Shown: positions 1 to 6,312 of the stretch, piece by piece | How the letters are laid out: the number at the start of each line of letters is the position of its first letter | How positions within the stretch are numbered: position 1 is the first letter of the stretch | Assembly: GCF_006345805.1 (NCBI RefSeq) | Contig: NW_021828760.1 | Coordinates: 1-7,733, forward strand | From: Octopus sinensis | Lineage: Eukaryota | Length of the DNA: 7,733 nt | Direction of reading: 5' to 3' | The notes under the pieces: generated by a model | Database searches by the model: none | What the model saw: the letters and a program-made list of their open reading frames with translations, nothing else | Told to the model about the DNA's origin: nothing | Made by a program: the position numbers and the translations under genes

Positions 1-124
1 ATTGCCAGCTCGCCGCCCTGCTGATATGCAGGGAATGGTTCTGGACAATTTTGAGATCTTTTGCTTGTGTTTGAGATCATCATCATCATCATCATCTACC
101 TGACTATCTATCTATTTATCTATT

Positions 125-372
125 GTATGTGTGTGTGTGAGTGAGTGAGTGAGTGTGTGAGTCTTTCTGTTCGTACTTGCCCCCCCCACACACACACACC
201 ATTGCCGCTTGACAAACAGTTTTGGTTTGCCCGTTCAAAAGCAGCTCACAAAAAGATAACGATAAAATAAGTGTCAGGACATTTAAATACAAGCACGGAG
301 GTCGATTTGTTCAACTAAAACCGTCCATGACGTTGCTCCATCAGGGCCACACACTAGCGACTGAAGCAAATT
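125..372 (+). mobile_element. Diverged 3' part of a tRNA-derived SINE, same superfamily as the copy at 5471-5814
   Basis: Collinear matches to the 5471-5814 copy: gcttgacaa = gcttgacaa; aaaagataacgataaaataagtg ~ aaaagagaccgataaaataagta; ggaggtcgatttgttcaactaaa ~ ggggtcgatttgctcgactaaa; tgctccatcagggcc ~ tgctccagcatggcc; gactgaagcaa ~ gactgaaacaa. A (GT)/(GAGT) tract and a poly-C run precede it, as in the other copy. The left boundary is approximate. Confidence 0.7.
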
Positions 373-655
373 ATATTTATATATAGCTCCAGTTGTAATC
401 TATATTATTTCTGTCTTTCATGCTTTCTTTCTTTCTTTTCAGTTTTGTAATAGTAAAAACAATCTAGGAAAAAAATAGCTCAGTTTTCAAACCGCAGCTG
501 TTAATTAAACAAAAACTAACGCTTTTTCTTCTTCCTTTTTATTCTTCTTACCGCTTTTTAAAGATGTTGGCATCACTAATTAGCAACATTGACAATGAGA
601 GGCGTCACTTATATCAAGAGATTCTTTTTGTTTGCATTGTTTTTTGATCTGCCTC

Positions 656-700
656 TCAACAACAACAACAACAACAGCAACAACAACAAACAACAACAAA
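656..700 (+). repeat. (CAA)n trinucleotide microsatellite, imperfect
   Basis: caacaacaacaacaacaacagcaacaacaacaaacaacaacaaaa read directly. Confidence 0.9.
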
Positions 701-1078
701 ATAATACTTTTCAGTTTGATTGTTAGAAGCTTTATGGCGGTTATGAAGATGTGCAGAGCCAAAAAAAAAAGGTTAGAATCATTTCAACGAGGTGATATCG
801 CGACACGATTCCAAAGTCTGCTTGAAGACATTTTATTTCGTTTCATTTCTATACGTGTTCCATTTTCCTCTGCTGCCTCCCAGAGATCTTTCAAAGTCTC
901 ACTTCCCATTTCCCATCACATCTTCAGCTTTTTTTTTTTTCACCCTCCTCTTTAAAACTACATCATTTTTATATCTTTGCAAAAGAAAAAAAATAGAAGC
1001 AATAGAAAAGAAAAACCAAAAACAAGGACAAAAAAATTAATGCGACTGTTGTTACAAGTTTGTGGTTTTATGTTTCTT

Positions 1079-1118
1079 CAAACAACAACAGCAACGTCCA
1101 AAACAACAACAACAATAA

Positions 1119-1154
<36 letters not shown>

Positions 1155-1190
1155 CAGCAGCAGCAACTGCAGTAATAGTAATGATAATCA
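1079..1190 (+). repeat. Compound (CAA)n/(CAG)n/(TAA)-like trinucleotide tract
   Basis: A (CAA) run, then a near-perfect (CAG) run at ~1121-1163, then degenerate (GTA/AAT). It accounts for the poly-A, poly-S and poly-N ORFs in the track. Confidence 0.9.
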
Positions 1191-1295
1191 TAACGGATTC
1201 TCCCGTCGTCAGACGACGTATGAGGGCCTGCGATTTTTTGCTGAACAACAACACAGATGATTTGTTTATAGTTATCAAATGTTTGTATTCAAATA

Positions 1296-1483
1296 GGCTT
1301 TGTTCCTCCACCAAATCGACATTACCTGTATAGATGCCCGAAGTGCCACATGTCAGATGATGGAATGATCGTAGAGCAACGTGAAACGAAATATTTTGTT
1401 CAAGAACACCCGGCCTGGGAATCAAAACCACGATCTCACAATCGAGAGTGCAACATTCTAATCGCTAAGCCATACGGCTTCAC
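1296..1483 (-). mobile_element. tRNA-derived SINE, 5' head plus central domain
   Basis: The minus strand reads gtgaagccgta-TGGCTTAGCGA (A-box-like, 1472-1462), then GGTTTTGATTCCC (B-box-like, 1429-1417), then gtgttcttgaacaaaatatttc, similar to the conserved central domains of metazoan SINE superfamilies. It resembles a common octopus SINE (recall). The 3' boundary is approximate. Confidence 0.75.
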
Positions 1484-1535
1484 ACAGTTTTCTTTTATTT
1501 ATTTATGCGCCATTTTCAAGTTTTTTTTATTTTTT

Positions 1536-1609
1536 GGGGTCGTAAGTGCGATGGTCGTAAGTCGCGTATGTCGTAAGTTGCATAGGTCGTAAGTAGGGGA
1601 GAATGTGTA
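1536..1609. mobile_element. Single terminus of a Tc1/mariner (Tigger/pogo-like) DNA transposon or MITE, with adjacent TA
   Basis: Four copies of GTCGTAAGT (1539, 1554, 1570, 1586), then aggggagaatgtg|TA (TA at 1608-1609). The reverse complement TA-cacattctcccctACTTACGAC resembles Tigger-type TIRs (TA-CAGnnnCTCCnCGACTTACGA). No partner terminus is visible in the window. Confidence 0.6.
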
Positions 1610-1612
1610 TAA

Positions 1613-1615
<3 letters not shown>

Positions 1616-1672
<57 letters not shown>
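1616..1672 (+). repeat. (TG)n microsatellite
   Basis: Perfect TG run of ~28 units. Confidence 0.97.
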
Positions 1673-1675
<3 letters not shown>

Positions 1676-2167
1676 GAGGTCTCTGTTCGGGAATTTTCTA
1701 GCTGCTAATGACCCTAGCTTCTGTCTTCAGGTATCACTTCAGTAAATCCGATCATCACATTATATCCTGTAGTCTACAGGTTTCTTCCAGTCTGGCAATA
1801 TCTCGGTGATTCGAAGTCGTAACCGGTTAAGACGTTGGCGTTCTCTTATAAAGTGACACATAAGAAACGTATCCGACTTTTAAGCTAAACAATTCAACCA
1901 ACCGGGCGATCGACTTCGTGAATTAGCTTCAGAAATGGCAAAGTATATCTGAGACACTGTACTTTCTATGTAATTACTATGTAGAATCAGAGGGACAAAG
2001 AAATGGCACAAGCCTGTGTCTTTGAATTATCAGTTTAGTTCATCTAACGTTCGTCTACACAATCTTCCGTTTCCCCAATTTCGTACACACAGCTTAGGTC
2101 GACCTGTGGTTAATACACTTCCTAAAGATGACGCTGAAGTGTACCAGCGTCTACATGTAAGTTTGTA

Positions 2168-2262
<95 letters not shown>

Positions 2263-2265
2263 ATA

Positions 2266-2296
<31 letters not shown>

Positions 2297-2329
2297 ATAT
2301 TATATATATATATATTATATAATATATAT

Positions 2330-2361
<32 letters not shown>
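2168..2361 (+). repeat. (TATC)n followed by degenerate (TA)n
   Basis: Near-perfect TATC run ~2168-2294, then a TA-rich tract to 2361. It explains the IYLS tail of ORF 2016..2363. Confidence 0.97.
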
Positions 2362-2366
<5 letters not shown>

Positions 2367-2550
2367 TAATCCAAACAGAAAAACACAGAAAAAAAGAGGA
2401 AAAACACAGCAACGCAGGACGTGGAACAATTAAAGTATTATTGACGCTCAGGAAAGAAGGGAAGGAGGGTTTTACGTTTCGAGCGGAGCTCTTCGTCGGA
2501 AACAAGGAGAAGGAAAGATCCCAGAGGGGAAGAAGAGGAAAAAAATATTT
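2362..2550 (-). mobile_element. 3' terminal (pLTR) fragment of a Penelope-like element
   Basis: Carries a minimal type I hammerhead motif (2503-2469) about 100 nt from an end that runs straight into (TA)n. This layout is established for PLE pLTRs. No coding sequence is retained, and the right boundary is approximate. Confidence 0.6.
2469..2503 (-). ncRNA. Minimal type I hammerhead ribozyme motif with variant core
   Basis: Minus strand: GUUU-CCGACGA-A-GAGC(ucc)GCUC-GAAAC-GUA|AAAC. Stem I is GUUU/AAAC, stem II is a perfect GAGC/GCUC, and stem III is the loopless palindrome ACGU. Predicted cleavage is after A at 2473. It deviates from CUGANGA by U4->C and one extra A. Confidence 0.65.
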
Positions 2551-2595
2551 AGCTGGTGGTGCTCAAGAGATCACACACACACACCACCACAACAC

Positions 2596-2866
2596 ATATA
2601 TATATATATAATATATATATATATATATTATGATATATATAATATATATATATATATAATATATATATCTTATATATATAATTTATTTATTTATTTATTT
2701 ATATTTATACTTGTGGCGACACTCACCCTGGGCGGGTTGAGTCGGCTTCTTCCTCCACCCTCGAGGCATCTCGAACCATGGCAATATATAATATATTATA
2801 TAAATATATATATATATATTATATATATATATATATATATTAATATAATATATATATATATATATA
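2596..2866. repeat. Degenerate (TA)n/(TTTA)n tracts (2596-2708, 2785-2866) flanking a short GC-rich island
   Basis: Read directly from the sequence. Confidence 0.9.
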
Positions 2867-3049
2867 GTAACCCCACGCCAAATCGCAGTTGACTGTCGCG
2901 GTTTATAATTTAAGCTAAGTCCACTTCTTTCCTGGTGTTGTTTTGCATTTATAATAAAATTAATATATACAAATTATAAAAAAAAAGAATAAAGATATAC
3001 AGTATTGTTTCTACTTCACGGATTCTCAACTATTGCGGGGTGGCTTGGA

Positions 3050-3794
3050 ATGCAAATTAGGGACTCCAGCATAGAATTAACTGCTATATTTATTGAGTAT
3101 ATATAGAGTTTATAGAGCGGTTAAAAATTTTCGATATGCAAATTAGGGACTTCCAGCATAGAAATAACTGCTATATTTCTTGAGTATATATAGAGTTTAT
3201 AGAGCGGTTAAAAATTTTCGGTTTGCAAATTAGGGACTCCAGCATAGAAATGACTGCTATATTTGTTGAGTATATAGAGAGTTTATAGAGCGGTTAAATA
3301 TTTTCGGTATGCAAATTAGGGACTCCAGCATAGAATAAGCTGCTCTTTTTCTTGAGTTTATAGAGCGGTTAAAAATTTTCGGGACGGCTGGCTGGCTGGC
3401 TGACTCTTTTTGTTGAGTTTATAGAGCGGTTAAAAATTTTCGGTATGCAAATTAGGGACCCAGCATAGAATTATCTGCTATATTTGTTGTTGAGTATATA
3501 TCGAGTTTAAACAGTATATATAGAGTTTATAGAGCGGTTGAAAATTTTCGGTATGCAAATTAGGGACTCCAGCATAGAATTAAGTGCTATATTTGAAAAT
3601 TTTTAACCGCTCTATAAACTCAACAAAAAGAGCAGTTAATTCTATGGTGGAGTCCCTAATTTGCATACCGACAATTTATAACCGCTCTATAAACTCTATA
3701 TAAACTCAACAAAAAGAGCAATTAATTCTATGCTGGAGTCCCTAATTCGGTATGCAAATTAGAATTAACTGCTATATTTGTTGAGTATATATAG
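3050..3794. repeat. ~86-bp tandem (satellite-like) array with two subtypes and an internal inverted block
   Basis: Unit: atgcaaattagggactccagcatagaattaactgctatatttgttgagtatatatagagtttatagagcggttaaaaattttcggt. Forward units start at 3050, 3136, 3223, 3309, 3445 and 3553, with a half-unit at 3383-3444. Reverse-complement units lie at 3595-3670 and 3671-3747. A forward partial unit follows at 3748-3794. Confidence 0.95.
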
Positions 3795-3977
3795 TCAAGC
3801 CTATATATAATAATTTTTAAGAGTTCAGTAAGAATTTCATATTCCACTCTCCCAAACATGTCTACCATAATAGCGAGTCTTAATAGTAAAAACATTAAGT
3901 TAGCCAGGAGTAGAATGAATATTAACAACAAAGATAGTAATAATAATTGTAATAATAGCATTAACAATAGAAATAAT

Positions 3978-4036
<59 letters not shown>

Positions 4037-4300
4037 GTAATAATAAAAATAATAAAAATAATATTAATAATGATGATAATAATAATATTAATAATAAAAC
4101 ATTGATATAAATAGTGATGATAAAAATACCAATAATGTAGGTAGTATAAATAAAAATATGGTAGGTGGGAATGATGGTGAGAATGGATTAATGATTAGTA
4201 ACCCTAATTTGAATAACAACGTGATTACTAATAATGAAAGTAATACTAATACTAATAATAATTCAAATAACAGTAATGTGAGTGAACTGGCCTTAAATAA
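3795..4300 (+). pseudogene. Frameshifted remnant of the PLE ORF: RT thumb C-terminus plus Asn-rich linker
   Basis: Frame 0 is open 3795-3983. An extra T at ~3984 shifts to frame 1 (poly-N, to ~4098). A 1-nt loss in aaaac returns to frame 0 (NIDINSDDKNTNNVGSINKNMVGGNDGENG...ELALNN). A further shift at ~4301 enters the endonuclease frame. Track ORF 4158..4388 is part of this linker. Confidence 0.75.
3972..4034 (+). repeat. (AAT)n microsatellite inside the PLE linker
   Basis: About 20 AAT units with one extra T, embedded in Asn-codon-rich sequence from ~3920 to 4275. Confidence 0.95.
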
Positions 4301-4759
4301 TTCCAGAACCGAATACTATCCCCCAGTTGTAATTGTAGGATTAGATCAAAATGTCCGGTATCTGGTCGTTGTTCGGTCCAAAACGTAATTTATAAATGCA
4401 CGATAATAACTTCTAACAATAGCTTTCTTTATTTCGGAGGTTCGGTGGATATTAAAAGACGTCTTAACAATCATTTTTCCTCTTTTAGACTCAAACATAA
4501 GGCAGGTTGCACAACACTATTTAGCAAAATTTGGGAACTAAAAACAAATAATATAGTATTCAACCTAAAATGGGATATAGTTAGAAGAGCGAAACCTTAT
4601 AGAAATAGTAGGGAAGGTTGTCAACTTTGTTCTGCGGAAACTTATGAAATTTTAACACATCAGAGTAATACAAATCTGTTGAATAATCGCCTGGAGTTGG
4701 GAGAATCTTGTATACATTGCACAACCCGAACGTTTAAATACTTTAAATACAAATTGTGA
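4301..4759 (+). CDS. PLE Cys-rich linker plus GIY-YIG endonuclease domain (3' end of the PLE ORF, no ATG of its own)
   Basis: A stop-free frame of 152 codons, extending the track ORF 4445..4759 upstream: FQNRILSPS-CNCRIRSKCPVSGRC-SVQ-NVIY-KCTIITSNNSFL-YFG-GSVDIKRRLNNH-FSSF...TTLFSKIWELK...LKWDIVRRAKPY...CQLCSAE...LLNNRLELGESCIH...KL*. VIY/YFG correspond to GIY/YIG, and the conserved Arg, His, Glu and Asn positions are present. Confidence 0.92.
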   Translation, partial: FQNRILSPSCNCRIRSKCPVSGRCSVQNVIYKCTIITSNNSFLYFGGSVDIKRRLNNHFSSFRLKHKAGCTTLFSKIWELKTNNIVFNLKWDIVRRAKPYRNSREGCQLCSAETYEILTHQSNTNLLNNRLELGESCIHCTTRTFKYFKYKL

Positions 4760-5332
4760 GTATTCCTATATTTTACAAATTTTAACTTTTTATAATAAAA
4801 TAATAGGAAATATATTATACTAGCTTTCAATTTAACATTCATAGATGACTAAAAAAACTTCACTATAAAATTGAAATTGAATTTTTTTCTAAATCTAATC
4901 TAGCTTTAAAATTAATAAGGCTTTCCCCCAATTATAAAATACTATGCCTACTCATAATAATAAGTGATAGGTTTTCCCTTTTTTTCTATAATTTACACTC
5001 TCTGTAAATGGGATTAATGACCATTTGACATTGACCTAGTTTCTCTCACCAAATAGTAGTAATTGGCATTTTGTTAGTGGCAACTACTGTCTTCAACATG
5101 AATTCCTTTATGGTATTATGAAACCTCCTTTACCCCATTCCTACAATTAAAATATCTTTATTACTTCTAACCTTATAGCAGTTAGGAACAGCCATATCTT
5201 GGTCAATCAGTAGAAGGACTTCACCACCTCATATGTTCTTAAAATTTAAATCTACATCTTTGTCTGTATATCTACCTTCTCTATAATGTTGCCACTTGAT
5301 TTGAAAACTTTTGTATTAATGGAAAACATCTA

Positions 5333-5425
5333 TAATTGGCTGATGAGTACTGAGCATCTTAAATCTGTTGTAATACTTACAACATTTAATAAAATGATGT
5401 AGTGCGAAACAATCGTACCAAATTA
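5333..5425 (+). ncRNA. Type I hammerhead ribozyme with extended stem II
   Basis: Stem I is UAAUUGG (5333-5339)/CCAA(A)UUA (5418-5425). The core CUGAUGA is at 5340-5346. Stem II is GUACU (5347-5351)/AGUGC (5401-5405) and encloses a further hairpin. GAAA is at 5406-5409, and a short stem III reads AC-aauc-GU. The GUA cleavage triplet is at 5415-5417. All core nucleotides are canonical. Confidence 0.85.
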
Positions 5426-5470
5426 CCGGAGTCATTCTTGTTGCTTATTTTGATTATATATATATATATA

Positions 5471-5814
5471 GGCGCATGAGTGGCTGTGTGGTAAGTAGCT
5501 TGCTTACCAGCCACATGGTTCTGGGTTCAGTCCCACTGCGTGAGTGGATTTGGTAGACGGAAACTGAAGGAAGCTCGTCGTATATATGTGTATACATATA
5601 TGTATTTTTGTGCATATGTTTTTGTCTGTGTCCCCCCAACATCGCTTGACAACCGATGCTAGTGTGTTTACGTCCCCGTAACTTAGCGGTTCGGCAAAAG
5701 AGACCGATAAAATAAGTACTAGGCTTACAAAGAATAAGTCCTGGGGTCGATTTGCTCGACTAAAGGTGGTGCTCCAGCATGGCCGCAGTCAAATGACTGA
5801 AACAAGTAAAAGAG
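5471..5814 (+). mobile_element. tRNA-derived SINE (octopus-type), near full length, probably with an internal deletion
   Basis: A-box-like TGGCTGTGTGG (5481-5491) and B-box-like GGTTCAGTCCC (5524-5534), an internal (TA/TG) tract, and a 3' part matching 125-372 that ends in aagtaaaagag. It is flanked by TA-rich sequence on both sides. Confidence 0.85.
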
Positions 5815-5861
5815 TATATACATATTTATATAGACATGTATGTATATATTCACACACAGAG

Positions 5862-5862
<1 letters not shown>

Positions 5863-5930
<68 letters not shown>
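5863..5930 (+). repeat. (GATA)n microsatellite
   Basis: Perfect run of ~17 units. It explains the SIYL repeats in the minus-strand ORFs. Confidence 0.97.
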
Positions 5931-5931
<1 letters not shown>

Positions 5932-6019
5932 GCAGAGCGACGAAAGCGCACACACAACACAAATACATACGTACACAAACACACAAACATAGAACATAGA
6001 CTTGATAGACGCGAAGGTG

Positions 6020-6112
6020 CGAAGAGAAGGAGAGGAGAGGAGGAGGGAGAGAGAGATAAAGGAGAGAGAGAGAGATAAAAGAGAGAGAGAGAGAAAGATA
6101 AAAGAGAGATAG
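6020..6112 (+). repeat. Polypurine (GA)-rich tract
   Basis: Imperfect GAGA/GGAGA/GAGATAAA runs. Confidence 0.85.
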
Positions 6113-6178
6113 GGTGTAACTGAACAAATTTTATTGACCGATCTCTAAAGTATTTAATGTGGGTTCAACTGTTTCGAT

Positions 6179-6181
<3 letters not shown>

Positions 6182-6222
<41 letters not shown>

Positions 6223-6312
6223 TATTATATATACTTATATATGTATATATGATATATATGTGTGTGTGTGGTATGTATATATATATATTATATATATTAT
6301 ATATGTATGTAT
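6182..6312. repeat. Degenerate (TA)n/(TG)n tract
   Basis: Read directly from the sequence. Confidence 0.92.

Larger units (their letters stand above)
3795..5454 (+). mobile_element. 5'-truncated Penelope-like retroelement (tentatively Naiad-like from the CxC-x5-C-x5-C linker): RT-thumb end, Asn-rich linker, GIY-YIG endonuclease, 3' UTR/pLTR with hammerhead
   Basis: Frame 0 from 3795 reads SSLYIIIFKSSVRISYSTLPNMSTIIASLNSKNIKL, matching the PLE post-RT motif L.KIFN...V.ISYS.(M/L)PNM..II..HN..IL. A GIY-YIG domain follows at 4301-4759 and a hammerhead at 5333-5425. The 3' end abuts (TA)n at 5455-5470. The clade call is from recalled motifs and needs a phylogeny. Confidence 0.88.

Noticed and set aside
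1-96. 3' end of a LINE with an (ATC)n tail
   Set aside because: It is cut by the window edge, too short, and has no recognisable coding or structural motif.
580-1431. ORFs 580..762, 632..955, 792..1040, 977..1333, 1060..1260 and 1078..1431 as host exons (poly-Q/N/S/A proteins)
   Set aside because: They are driven by CAA/CAG repeats, A-runs or SINE sequence. The poly-Q frame has an internal TAA, and there is no recognisable domain or convincing splice pair.
1350-1592. 80-aa ORF
   Set aside because: It is the antisense of a SINE head running into a DNA-transposon end.
1845-1880. GAAACGUA as another hammerhead half
   Set aside because: There is no upstream CUGANGA and no stem II.
1974-2363. 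Coding exon ending at cat|GTAAGT, or ORF 2016..2363
   Set aside because: The donor is good, but the peptide is unrecognisable, the upstream acceptor at 1730 gives stops in all three frames, and the rest of the ORF is (TATC)n. It is not fully excluded.
3050-3794. CRISPR-like array next to a nuclease gene
   Set aside because: Units are contiguous with no unique spacers, the context is eukaryotic, and the nuclease is a PLE GIY-YIG, not a Cas protein.
3050-3794. Tandem hammerhead (retrozyme-like) units in the array
   Set aside because: No CUGANGA...GAAA core was found in the unit on either strand.
3728-3967. 79-aa hydrophobic minus-strand ORF
   Set aside because: It is the antisense of Asn codons (poly-L/I) plus array sequence.
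4445-4759. Stand-alone 104-aa gene starting at GTG
   Set aside because: The frame stays open upstream to 4301 and the GIY-YIG motifs lie upstream of 4445, so the track start is an artefact.
4757-5100. Selenocysteine readthrough of the TGA stop with a SECIS, as reported for some Naiad PLEs
   Set aside because: The TGA is at the normal C-terminus, not at a conserved Cys. The AUGA candidates near 4846 and 5017 do not fold by eye into a SECIS stem with an apical AA.
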